DNA of 35,926 bases from Candidatus Krumholzibacteriia bacterium (lineage in GTDB: Bacteria > Krumholzibacteriota > Krumholzibacteriia > LZORAL124-64-63): assembly GCA_046484865.1 (NCBI GenBank), contig JAWOID010000021.1:1-35926 (forward strand). Reading direction: 5' to 3'. The stretch's first letter is position 1. Each line of letters begins with the position of its first letter. The notes beneath the pieces are model-generated. The model had not been told where the DNA came from and did not search any database. It saw only the letters and a list, made by a program, of their open reading frames with translations. Both the position numbers and the translations under genes were made by a program. Shown in pieces: positions 16,957 through 26,127 of this stretch.

Positions 16957-19842
16957 TCAGTCCACCACCACGGTGACCAGCGGCAGTTCCGCCAGGTAGC
17001 GGGCGTGGACGCGACGCAGATCGTCGAGGGTGACCTGGTCGTAGCGCGAGACGGCATCGAGGTAGCGCGACACGTCGCCCTCCAGCTCGGCCAGGGCGAG
17101 ATGGTACGCCTGGCTGATGGACGAGAGCCGGCGCAGCATGGCGCGGCCCTGGCGGGCGGCGCGGACACGGTCGAACTCGTCCTGCGTCACCGTGCCGGGA
17201 TCGAAACCGGCGAGCGCGGCGCCCAGGGCCTCCTCGGCCTCGTCGGCCCTCTCCCGCGGCGGGTTGATCCAGGCGGTGAGCGCCGCTCGCTCGCCGCGGA
17301 CGTCGATGCCCGCGCCCACGCTGTACGAGAGTCCTCGCGTCTCGCGCAGATCCATGGCCACGCGGTCCGAGATGATCGCGATCAGGAGTTCGAGCGCCGC
17401 CTCGTCGCGCAGATCCACGGCCAGGATGGATCCCAGGCGGATGGCGGCCATCTCGCCGCCGACGCTGGCGGTGCGACGTTCCGGCTCGCCGGTGGCCGGC
17501 AGCGGCGGCAAGCCGGGCGTGGGCTCGCCGCGACCGGGCAGGCTCGCCTCCAGCCGCTGCGCCAGTTCCTCGTGCGCGTGCGGAGACACGACGGCGAACA
17601 CGAGGTTCTCGGGCGCGAAGGCCTTCCGCGCCAGCGCACGCACGTCGTCGTACGTCAGCACGTCGAGACCCGCCGCGGTCCCGCCGGAATCGAGCGCCAG
17701 CGGGTGCTCTCCGTAGAGCGCCTCCCGCAGCAGATCGTTCGCCAGTTCGCGGGCGCTGCCCGCCTCGCGCACCACCAGCTCGCGCTGGGCCTGGCGCTCG
17801 CGCTCGAAGTCGCCGGCGTCGAATCCGGGTCGCCGGATCATGTCGGCGAGCAATTCCAGCAACTCCGGCCCGCGCTCGGCCGCCACCTCCGCGCGCACGA
17901 AGCTGAAGCGCCCCTCGGTGTAGTAATCGTCCATGGGGATGCGCGGATCGTCCACCAGCTTCACCTGCGCACCGAGCCGTCGCAGGCGTCGCGCCAGGCA
18001 GGCCTCGTCACAAGAGCCGACGCCGTCGTCCAGCAGCCGGTGCACCACCTCCATGGCGCCCGTCGCCCCGCACTCGCGGTCGAGAAGGGCGCGCCCCTTC
18101 ACGGTCAGATGGACGGCCAGGATGGGGCTGTCAGGGTTCGTCCGGGTGACGAGCACGGCGCCGTTCTGCAGGACGGAACGTTCCACCGGCAGCGCGGACG
18201 ACGAGCGGTCCTGCGGACGGGCGGGCGGTTCCTCGGCGGGCGGGTCGCTCCCGTCCGCCGCGGCGCCACCGCCCTCGCGCATCTTGCGCATCGCCTCGGC
18301 CATCGCCGGGGGCATCGTCGCCGGCAGTTCGGGGTGTGCACCGGCGCCGCCCCCGTGGCCGCTGCGGCCCGCCTCCTGCATGCCTTCGTGCGGGGCCGGC
18401 CCACCACCGCTCACCGGCAGCGGCTCCACGAGCACCGCCAGGCACGGCGTGTCGGCCAGGTACATGTCCAGCGCGCGGGCCACCTGCTCGGGCTCCACCT
18501 CGCGCAGACGCGCCAGGTACGACGCGAAGAAGTCGGGGCCGCCCAGGGTGAGGCTCTCGGCGGCGTAAATGCCCGTCATGCGCAGCTGCTCGCGCTGCAA
18601 AAGCGTCTCGGTCTCCTTCATGGCGACCACCTCGGCCACGTCGCCGGCGGTGACGCCCTCGTCGAGAGCGGTGGCCACCGCTTCCTGCACCAGCGGATAG
18701 CACGACTCGGGCCGGAAGCCGCTCGAGAGATCGAACGTCATCACCAGGCGGCCGAACCCCGGGCCGCGCTCCCACCAGGTGGAGACATCGGGGCGCTCCG
18801 CCGGCGTGATCCGCCCCAGCGCCCGCGTGAGGATGCCGGTGCCCGGCGCATCCAGCAGCGTCGCAGCCACCAGGAACGCGAAGTGGTCGGGCGACCCGTA
18901 GCCGGGCGCCTCGAATGCCAGGGCCGCCACCCTCCGGCCGCCGCCGCGGCGCACCACCGTACGCGTGCGCTCGATGTGCTCCGGCGGCCGCACCGTCTGC
19001 GCGGGCAGGGTTCCCGGCGGCACCGAGCCGTAGTGCTCGTTCAGGAGAGCCAGCGCCTGGTCGCGCTCGAAGTTCCCCGCCACGGTCACCACCATGTTGT
19101 TGGGGACGTACCAGGCGCGATAGAAGGCGTGGACGTCGTCGCGGTCCAGGTGCTCGATGGTGGCGCGGGTGCCGAGCGTGGGCAGGTCGAGGTCGCTACC
19201 GGCGTAGAGCGCCTCCCGTAGCACGGTCTGGGTGTAGGTGCCGGGCCGGTCGCGGGCGGCCACCAGTTCGCCGAGGACGATGCCCTTCTCCTTCTCGAAC
19301 TTCTCCGGCGGCAGCACCGAGTGGAAGAGCATCTGGCTCTGCAGCTCCATGCCGGTGGCCAGCTCGGCCGCCGGCAGGACCATCATGAAGTTCGTGTAGA
19401 AGTCGCTCGTGTTGGCGTTGTTGTAGGCGCCGGCGCGGTCGGCGGCCGCGTACAGCTCGTCCTGGGTGTACCGCTCGGTGCCGTTGAAGAGCAGGTGCTC
19501 GAGCATGTGGGTCATGCCGCTGGTGCGGAAGTCCTCGTACGCCGACCCCACCTTCACCTGGGTGTAGATGCCCACCATGGGCTGCGCCGGGTTGCGCATG
19601 AGCACCACCGGCAGGCCGTTCTCCAGCGTGAGCAGCTCCACGTTCGCCGGCGGCTCGTAGAAGACCGGTTCCAGCGGCTCGTCGAGGAAGACGGCCCCTG
19701 CGGGGGCGGTGACGGGGTCCGCGACGGTCGCGGACGGAGCCCCGGCGGCGGCGAGCAGCCCCGCGGCGAGGGCGGCGCGCAGCACCGGCGCGAGATGACG
19801 GGCCCGGCTCGGGCGCGGCGAGTGGCGGATCCGCACGGACAT
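16957..19842 (-). CDS. Secreted M16 (pitrilysin/insulinase) family zinc peptidase, fused two-half type
   Basis: Signal peptide; SGMTHMLEHLLFNGT (HXXEH), NANTS, EKGIVLGE; second half with LRETRGLSYSV; GGAGG RBS. Confidence 0.92.
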   Translation of the reverse strand: MSVRIRHSPRPSRARHLAPVLRAALAAGLLAAAGAPSATVADPVTAPAGAVFLDEPLEPVFYEPPANVELLTLENGLPVVLMRNPAQPMVGIYTQVKVGSAYEDFRTSGMTHMLEHLLFNGTERYTQDELYAAADRAGAYNNANTSDFYTNFMMVLPAAELATGMELQSQMLFHSVLPPEKFEKEKGIVLGELVAARDRPGTYTQTVLREALYAGSDLDLPTLGTRATIEHLDRDDVHAFYRAWYVPNNMVVTVAGNFERDQALALLNEHYGSVPPGTLPAQTVRPPEHIERTRTVVRRGGGRRVAALAFEAPGYGSPDHFAFLVAATLLDAPGTGILTRALGRITPAERPDVSTWWERGPGFGRLVMTFDLSSGFRPESCYPLVQEAVATALDEGVTAGDVAEVVAMKETETLLQREQLRMTGIYAAESLTLGGPDFFASYLARLREVEPEQVARALDMYLADTPCLAVLVEPLPVSGGGPAPHEGMQEAGRSGHGGGAGAHPELPATMPPAMAEAMRKMREGGGAAADGSDPPAEEPPARPQDRSSSALPVERSVLQNGAVLVTRTNPDSPILAVHLTVKGRALLDRECGATGAMEVVHRLLDDGVGSCDEACLARRLRRLGAQVKLVDDPRIPMDDYYTEGRFSFVRAEVAAERGPELLELLADMIRRPGFDAGDFERERQAQRELVVREAGSARELANDLLREALYGEHPLALDSGGTAAGLDVLTYDDVRALARKAFAPENLVFAVVSPHAHEELAQRLEASLPGRGEPTPGLPPLPATGEPERRTASVGGEMAAIRLGSILAVDLRDEAALELLIAIISDRVAMDLRETRGLSYSVGAGIDVRGERAALTAWINPPRERADEAEEALGAALAGFDPGTVTQDEFDRVRAARQGRAMLRRLSSISQAYHLALAELEGDVSRYLDAVSRYDQVTLDDLRRVHARYLAELPLVTVVVD

Positions 19843-19900
19843 CCTCCGTCGGATGGGGTGGCATGTCGGAACGTGGTAACGCAAGGCGACGCGGCCGGCG

Positions 19901-20668
19901 TCAGGCGAGGTCCGTGGCCGCCGCGACGATGCCCAGGAAATCGTCGGCCTTCAGGCTGGCGCCGCCGATGAGCCCGCCGTCGACGTCCGGCTGCTCGAAC
20001 AGCTCGCGCGCATTGGAGGGCTTGCAGCTGCCGCCGTACAGGATCCGCACGCTCTGCGCGAAGCCGTCGCCCAGCAGTTCGGCCACGACCGCCCGCGAGA
20101 ACCGGTGCATGTCCTGGGCGATGTCGGGCGTGGCCGTCTCGCCCGTGCCGATGGCCCACACCGGTTCGTAGGCGAGCACGAGGTTCTGCGGGTCCGCCGC
20201 GCCCAGGCGCGGCAGCACGGCCTCGAGCTGCCGGCGCACCACCGATTCGGCACGATCGCTCTTGCGCTCGTCCAGGACCTCGCCGTAGCAGAAGATCGCC
20301 GTGAGTCCCGACGCGTGCGCACGCTCGATCTTGGCGACGAAGAGGCCGTTGCTCTCGCCATGGTATTGCCGCCGCTCGCTGTGGCCGACGATGACGTGGG
20401 TGCAGCCCGCCTGCCTCAGCATCTGGGCCGAGACCTCGCCGGTATACGCGCCCTCGTCATACGCCGAGCAATCCTGCGCCCCCAGCAACAACGGCCGGCC
20501 GGTGGCGAACTCGGCCGCCGCCGGGATGGAGACGTAAGGCGGGCAGACCAGCACGTCGGCGGCGGCCGCGCGCTCGGCGAGGCCGGTCTGCACGGCACGC
20601 GCCAACTCGCGAGCTTCCACCGGCCCCTTGTTCAGCTTCCAGTTGCCGGCTACCAGCGACCTGCGCAT
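19901..20668 (-). CDS. tpiA: Triosephosphate isomerase
   Basis: AGNWK, GHSERR, AYEPVWAIGTG, LYGGS, DGGLIGGASL. Confidence 0.98.
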   Translation of the reverse strand: MRRSLVAGNWKLNKGPVEARELARAVQTGLAERAAAADVLVCPPYVSIPAAAEFATGRPLLLGAQDCSAYDEGAYTGEVSAQMLRQAGCTHVIVGHSERRQYHGESNGLFVAKIERAHASGLTAIFCYGEVLDERKSDRAESVVRRQLEAVLPRLGAADPQNLVLAYEPVWAIGTGETATPDIAQDMHRFSRAVVAELLGDGFAQSVRILYGGSCKPSNARELFEQPDVDGGLIGGASLKADDFLGIVAAATDLA

Positions 20669-20823
20669 CGTCGTCCCTTCCGCTCGCGTGTCCAGTGGAC
20701 GCCAGGGGGCGCCCGCGGTCCGCGGGATGCCCGCGGTCTGCCGCATGCCCGCGAGAATATCTCATCGTTCACCGGGAATGTCCACCGAGGCCCGCTCGCC
20801 GACGCTCCCCCTGCGCCGGCACC

Positions 20824-21000
20824 TCATTCGACCTTCTTGCTCAGCTCGTGGCCGCAGCAGACGAGCGCACAGCGGCCTTCCTGATTCTTGCATCCACAGT
20901 CTTCGACGGTATCGTGGCACTCGCGGACCACCTCGAGTTCCATGCCGCAATCGGTGCAGACGTAGATCTCGCCCTTCCTCATGTCGTGGCAACAAGCCAT
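20824..21000 (-). CDS. 58-aa Cys-rich desulforedoxin-like protein (absent from the ORF track)
   Basis: Hand translation: MACCHDMRKGEIYVCTDCGMELEVVRECHDTVEDCGCKNQEGRCALVCCGHELSKKVE. GGGGAGG RBS; YxCxxCG..LVCCG pattern. Confidence 0.8.
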   Translation of the reverse strand: MACCHDMRKGEIYVCTDCGMELEVVRECHDTVEDCGCKNQEGRCALVCCGHELSKKVE

Positions 21001-21154
21001 GGTCGTCCTCCCCGGTCCGGGTGATCGCGGTCGTGACGCCTCTCGTGAGGCACCCGGCCGCCCGCGCGCCGGTGGCGCGGTCGCGTGCCGCGGACATTAG
21101 CCCGCGCGACCGCGTCCGGCCATGGGGTCCGGCCCGAGGATCGCGCGGGCGCTC

Positions 21155-22933
21155 TCAGGTCCGGCCCAGGCGCCAGCGGACGAAACCCGCGGCCGACCGC
21201 ATCAGGTGCCCGGCGAGGGCGACCGGCCCGGCGGAACCGGGCCCCGACAGTTCCCCGGCGAGATGACGGCGCCGCGCTTCCGCGCGACGGAGCTTGCCGC
21301 TCGACGTGAGCGGCAGGGTGCCCGGCGCGAGGACCACGACCGCGTGCGGCGCGATCCCCGTGCGGCGGCGCACCTCGCGCTGCAGGCGCTCGGCCAGTTC
21401 GCCGGCTCCGGCGGCCGCTCCCCGCGCGTGCTCCACCAGCATCAGCAGCCCCTCGCCGTCGGCTCCCTCGGGCATGATGCCCACCGCCACCGCCCGCCCC
21501 GGACGCACGCCAGGCGAGCCAGCCACCGCCTCCTCGAACTCCTCGGGCAGACGGTTGGCTCCGCGCAGGATGATGACGTCCCGGGCGCGGCCGGCCACCC
21601 AGAGGCGTCCGTCTTGCCTGAAGCCCAGATCGCCCGTGGCCAGCCAGCCGCCGCGCAGGACGGCCCGGGTGGCCTCCCGCTGACCGAGGTATCCGATCAT
21701 GAGGCCGGGCCCGCGGACGTGGATGTGCCCGTACACGCTCTCGGGCAACGGTCTGCCCCGGTCGTCGCGGATCTCCACCTCGACCTCGGCCAGCGGCTCG
21801 CCCGCGGCGGTGACGCTGTGGACCCCCGGCGCCACCGGTCGCCCCACCGACAGCGCCGCCCCGTCCACCGCGCAGGTGGCGGGTCCGCCGCCGTGCGTGC
21901 AGGTGACCGCCAGCGCCGCTTCGGCCAGCCCGTAGGCCGGCGCCAGCGCCTGCCGCCGGAACCCGTGCGGAGCGAAGCGCCGGGCGAACCGTTCGAGAAC
22001 CGCCGCCGGCACCGGCTCGGCGCCGCAGATCGCCAGCCGCCAGCAGGAGAGGTCGCAGCCGGCCATCTCCATTTCCCGCACGCGGCGCGCCGCCAGGCCG
22101 AAGGCGAATGCCGGCGCGGGTGAGACCTGCGCCCGGTGCCGGGCGATCGCGCGCAGCCACAGCGCGGGCCGGACGAGGAACCGCTCCGGCGGAATCAGCA
22201 CCAGCGAGCCGGGGTGGGTGACCGCCCCGAGCAGAGACCCGATCAACCCCATGTCGTGGTAGAGCGGCAGCCAGGAGACGCCGGTGCGCAGCCCGGCCGG
22301 AGCCGCCGGACCGAGCACGTCGTCAATGAGCTGCTTGAGGGCGGCACACTGCGCCACGAGGGCGGCCTGGGTGAGCGCCACCGGCCGGGGATCGCGGGTG
22401 GTGCCGGAGGAGAACTGCACCAGCGCCAGGTCGCCGGGGCCCACCTCCGGCATCGGCGCCGGTCCGGCAGCCGACCGGTCCAGATCGGCCACGGTGACGC
22501 AGCCGAGCTCGGTCCCGGCGGTCGCGAGTACCCGCCCCAGGAGGTTGCGGACGCTGCGGTCGGTCACCAGCAGCCGTGCCCCCGCGGCAGTCAGCAGGCG
22601 GCTGGTCGAGTCGTGGTACTCGTCGAGACGCCCGAGCCGGGCGGGCGGGTAGAGCGGCACCGGCACCGCTCCCGCCAGCAGGGCGCCGAAGAACGCGGCG
22701 ACGAAGTCGAGCGACGTGGGCAGGATCAGAGCCACCCGGTCGCCCGCCGTCACGCCCCGACCGGCCAGTCCGGCCGCGGTCAGCCGGGCGCGCTCGAGCA
22801 CCTCCGCCCAGGACAGACGCTGCTCGCTCTCGTCGCCACGCACGAAGGTGAGGGTGGCCTCGCTGCCGGCCGCGGCGACCAGGGCTTCGTTCATGGTCGG
22901 ACGGCCTGGCGCCCGGAGCGCCGGGCCCTTCAC
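21155..22933 (-). CDS. Fatty acyl-AMP ligase (FAAL)
   Basis: QFSSGTT, SWLPLYHDMGLIG, AYGLAEAALAVT followed by a FAAL-type insertion, TGDLG, PLTSSGKLRR. GTG start overlaps the ACP stop; ATG 22894 is an alternative. Confidence 0.9.
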   Translation of the reverse strand: MKGPALRAPGRPTMNEALVAAAGSEATLTFVRGDESEQRLSWAEVLERARLTAAGLAGRGVTAGDRVALILPTSLDFVAAFFGALLAGAVPVPLYPPARLGRLDEYHDSTSRLLTAAGARLLVTDRSVRNLLGRVLATAGTELGCVTVADLDRSAAGPAPMPEVGPGDLALVQFSSGTTRDPRPVALTQAALVAQCAALKQLIDDVLGPAAPAGLRTGVSWLPLYHDMGLIGSLLGAVTHPGSLVLIPPERFLVRPALWLRAIARHRAQVSPAPAFAFGLAARRVREMEMAGCDLSCWRLAICGAEPVPAAVLERFARRFAPHGFRRQALAPAYGLAEAALAVTCTHGGGPATCAVDGAALSVGRPVAPGVHSVTAAGEPLAEVEVEIRDDRGRPLPESVYGHIHVRGPGLMIGYLGQREATRAVLRGGWLATGDLGFRQDGRLWVAGRARDVIILRGANRLPEEFEEAVAGSPGVRPGRAVAVGIMPEGADGEGLLMLVEHARGAAAGAGELAERLQREVRRRTGIAPHAVVVLAPGTLPLTSSGKLRRAEARRRHLAGELSGPGSAGPVALAGHLMRSAAGFVRWRLGRT

Positions 22934-23205
22934 GGCTGCTCCCGGGAGCCGCCGCCCCCCTCGCTGCAGCGCCTCACCACCAGCGCGGCCAGATCCCCGA
23001 AGGTCTCCAGTTCCGGCGCGTCGGCCTCGGCGAGCTTCACCCGGTAGCGGTCCTCCAGCGCCACCGCCAGGGTGACGGCGCCGAGGGAATCGAGCGCCTC
23101 GCATCGCGCCAGCAGGCCCTGACGCTCGACCGCGGCGCCGTGCCCCAGCTCCTCGTCGAGCACCCGACCGATCGCGTGCAGCACCTCCTGCTCGGACGGG
23201 ATCAT
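22930..23205 (-). CDS. Acyl carrier protein
   Basis: ALDSLGAVTLAVALEDRY phosphopantetheine Ser motif, TFGDL. ATGA overlap with the upstream gene. 3' part of ORF 22930..24369. Confidence 0.88.
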   Translation of the reverse strand: MIPSEQEVLHAIGRVLDEELGHGAAVERQGLLARCEALDSLGAVTLAVALEDRYRVKLAEADAPELETFGDLAALVVRRCSEGGGGSREQP

Positions 23206-23783
23206 GACGGCCTCCGGGGGACGAGCCGGCGCCGGCCGGTGAAGGCCTGCGCGTAGCTGGGGCCGAGAGCGCGCTCCTCGGTGCGGATGCGCACCCTCAG
23301 CAGGGCTGCGTTCACCAGCGAGGCCGTCGCCGCCGTGATCCAGGCGCCGTGGACGAGCGGCACCGCCGCGATCTCCACGATGACCGCCAGGTAGTTGGGA
23401 TGGCGGAGGTAGCGGTAGGGGCCGGCGGTCACCGGCCGCGGCCGGGCCGGCACCATGATGCGCACGCTCCAGGCGGGCCCGAGGGTGGCGACCGCCCACC
23501 AGCGCAGCGCCTGCGCGCCGAGGGCCGCGGCCAGGGCCAGCCAGCCGGCGACCCCCGGGAAGACGCGGTCGAGGAGCACCACCTCGGCCGCCGACGCAGC
23601 AGGGAACAGTCCGTGCAGGATCGCCAGCGCGGGAAAATGGCGGCGCCCCAGTTCGCGGCCGCCCGCCGCCCGCATCCGCCGCTCGTTGCGCCTCGACACC
23701 GCCAGCTCCACCAGCCGCTCGGCATAGAGCAGGAACAGGAAGCCGAGGTAGAACTTGATCGACGGATCCACGCGTCCCTCCAT
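23202..23783 (-). CDS. Isoprenylcysteine carboxyl methyltransferase-family membrane methyltransferase (SrsB/BpsB-like)
   Basis: ERLVEL..SRRN, LRWW..TLG..W, GPYRYLRHPNY, RIRTEERAL. Confidence 0.92.
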   Translation of the reverse strand: MEGRVDPSIKFYLGFLFLLYAERLVELAVSRRNERRMRAAGGRELGRRHFPALAILHGLFPAASAAEVVLLDRVFPGVAGWLALAAALGAQALRWWAVATLGPAWSVRIMVPARPRPVTAGPYRYLRHPNYLAVIVEIAAVPLVHGAWITAATASLVNAALLRVRIRTEERALGPSYAQAFTGRRRLVPRRPS

Positions 23784-23819
23784 CTCGCCTGCAAAGACCG
23801 GCGCAGACGTGTCCCGGCG

Positions 23820-24887
23820 TCACCAGCGCAGCAGCACCAACTCCGAGGCGAACCCGGGCCCCATCGCGGCCATCACCCCCAGGTCCCCGGGCCGGGTCGC
23901 GCCGTCGGACAGGAACTCGGCCAGCACGAACAGGACGCTGGTGGACGACACGTTGCCCATCTCCCGCAGCGAGCGCCATGACCGCTCCAGCGCCTGATCG
24001 TCGAGACCGAGCGCCTCGCGGAACGCCTCCAGCACCCGGGGCCCGCCCGTGTGCGCCACCCAGTGCGCGATGTCGTCGCGCTCGAGCCCGTGTCCGGCCA
24101 GGAAACGGTCGACGTCGTCGCCGACGTGAGCGCGGACCACCTCGGGCACCCTGGCCGACAGCACGATCTTCAGGCCCGATTCGACGACGTCCCAGCCCAT
24201 GACCCGCTCGGTGTCCGGGTAGTGCACCGACACGCTGTCCACCACCCGCGGACCGGACTCGTGCCGGTCGGCTCCGGCGAGGATCACGGCGGCGGCGCCG
24301 TCGCCGAACAGGCCCGAGGCGATGATGTTGGGGATCGACAGATCCTCGCGCTGCAGCGTGAGCGAGCACAGTTCCACGGACACGACGGCAGCCGTGCGAC
24401 CCGGGTATGCGCGCAGGTAGTCGGCCGCCCGCGCGACGCCCCCGGCACCGGCGGCGCAGCCCAGTCCGAACACCGGCGTGCGCCGGATGTCACGGCGCAG
24501 GCCGAGCCGGTTCACGAGCCGGGCGTCGAGGCTCGGCGTGGCGATGCCGGTGGTGCTCACGAAGAGGAGGTGGTCCAGCTCGTCAGGGGCGAGTCCCGAC
24601 TGCGCGAGGGCGCCGGCGAGCGCCTGTTCGCCCACGTCGAGGGCGGCCGCGATGAACGCGTCGTTGGCGCGCCCGAACGAGGTGAGGTCCGCGTACGCCT
24701 CCAGCGGCAGCGCCAGGTAGCGTCCGTTCACCTGCACCGCCCGGTGCAGGTCCTCCAGCCGTTCCAGGTTGTAGTGGGCGCGACCCCAGGCGTCGCGCAG
24801 CGCCGCGACGATCTCCTCTTGGCTGGCATGATGCGGGGGCAGCGCCGTTCCCACGGCGCGGATCGAGGGCTGAACGTGCTCGGCCAA
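23820..24887 (-). CDS. Type III polyketide synthase
   Basis: Cys-His-Asn triad in FGLGCAAG, AHTGGPRV and MGNVSS; ELCSL, LFGDGAAA, GPGF. TTG start with GGAGG RBS. Confidence 0.95.
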   Translation of the reverse strand: MAEHVQPSIRAVGTALPPHHASQEEIVAALRDAWGRAHYNLERLEDLHRAVQVNGRYLALPLEAYADLTSFGRANDAFIAAALDVGEQALAGALAQSGLAPDELDHLLFVSTTGIATPSLDARLVNRLGLRRDIRRTPVFGLGCAAGAGGVARAADYLRAYPGRTAAVVSVELCSLTLQREDLSIPNIIASGLFGDGAAAVILAGADRHESGPRVVDSVSVHYPDTERVMGWDVVESGLKIVLSARVPEVVRAHVGDDVDRFLAGHGLERDDIAHWVAHTGGPRVLEAFREALGLDDQALERSWRSLREMGNVSSTSVLFVLAEFLSDGATRPGDLGVMAAMGPGFASELVLLRW

Positions 24888-24920
24888 CGGGTCCCCCTCC
24901 GCCTTCCGTTCGATCCTGGA

Positions 24921-25238
24921 TCAGTCCCGCACGGGCCACTCCGGCAGCCACTTGTCGGGGAAGCCGTCCTCGGAGGAGAGGTCCTCGAGTTCCTCCTCGT
25001 CCAGCCCCTCGTCGTCGGCGGGTTGCTCGGCGGGTTCCAGGAGCGCGCGCGCTTCCTCGGCGTCGGCGACCCAGACCAGCAGCCGCACCACCTGCGGCCA
25101 GCCGAGGTGCGGGCGCATACCCCCGCAGTCGTCCTTCATCACCAGGGCTCGAATGCCATACGCTTCGAGCATGTTGGCGTCGGCCCTGGCGAGCACCTCG
25201 TTGGGGTACGTCCTCACCACCACCGTGCCGTCACGCAT
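24921..25238 (-). CDS. DUF2007-like small protein with acidic tail
   Basis: VVVRTY..A..MLEAYGIRA..DD.GG..VRLLV..DAEEARALL; GGAGGT RBS. Confidence 0.75.
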   Translation of the reverse strand: MRDGTVVVRTYPNEVLARADANMLEAYGIRALVMKDDCGGMRPHLGWPQVVRLLVWVADAEEARALLEPAEQPADDEGLDEEELEDLSSEDGFPDKWLPEWPVRD

Positions 25239-25384
25239 CGTTGCACCTCCTGGGGTGTCGTCCCTTCAAGCTAATTCCAGGAACGTCCGACGGCACCGCC
25301 GCCGCGCGCGCGCGCCACGCCGCCGCCGGAAGTCTTGTCCGGTGGATCGAGCCGGGCCGACCGGCGGCGCCGGGGCCGCGTCGA

Positions 25385-26059
25385 TCAGCGCCGATCGCGC
25401 AGGATCAGCATGCGCACGAGTTGCATGACCGCCATCAACGCGCCGGCCACGTAGGTGAGCGCCGCGGCATTCAGGACCTGACGCACCTGGCCGCGCTCCT
25501 GCTCGGTCACGATGCCATGATGGGACAGCAGCCGGATAGCCCGGTTGCTGGCATCGAATTCCACCGGCAGGGTGACGATCGCGAAGAAGGCGGCCACCGC
25601 GAACACGGCAATGCCGATGTCCATGAGGATCGGCAACTGGAAGAGGAAGCCCATGAAGAAGAGCGGCAGCGCCAGGTTGCCGCCGAAGCCCGCCACCGGC
25701 CAGATGGCCTGGCGCACCTGCAGCGGCCAGTAGCGGCGCGCGTGCTGAAGTGCATGTCCCGCCTCGTGGCACGCCACGCCCAGCGCCGACAGGCTGGTGC
25801 CGTTGTAGTTGGATTCGCTGAGGAACAACGCCCGCTTGCGCGGGTCGTAGTGGTCGGTCAGGGTGCCCGCCGTGGTGTTGATGGGCACCTCCTGCAGCCC
25901 GGCCGAGTCGAGCAGACGCCGGGCGGCCTGCACACCGGTGATCCCCCGGTCCGATCGGACCCTCAGAAACTTGTCGTAGGTGCTGCGGACCTTGTGCTGC
26001 GCGTAGAACGCGAACACGAGGACCGGAATGAGCAGGACCATGGTGCTGTCGAAGAACAT
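25385..26059 (-). CDS. Membrane zinc metallopeptidase, YugP/Zn_peptidase_2 family
   Basis: GTLTDHYDP, HEAGHALQH, VTLPVEFDASNRA, VLNAAALTYVA. Confidence 0.93.
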   Translation of the reverse strand: MFFDSTMVLLIPVLVFAFYAQHKVRSTYDKFLRVRSDRGITGVQAARRLLDSAGLQEVPINTTAGTLTDHYDPRKRALFLSESNYNGTSLSALGVACHEAGHALQHARRYWPLQVRQAIWPVAGFGGNLALPLFFMGFLFQLPILMDIGIAVFAVAAFFAIVTLPVEFDASNRAIRLLSHHGIVTEQERGQVRQVLNAAALTYVAGALMAVMQLVRMLILRDRR

Positions 26060-26127
26060 CGCCGACCTCCTGAACGGCGCTCTCCTTGCAGCGCCGTTCG
26101 CCCGACGCGGCCTTCCGCCCGCGGCGC

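Noticed and set aside
24..19221. Very long alternative-frame ORFs (24..1919, 3867..6059, 12134..14545, 13687..15912, 16648..19221 and others)
   Set aside because: Arg/Gly/Pro/Ala-rich shadow frames overlapping well-supported genes; expected from stop-codon scarcity at this GC content.
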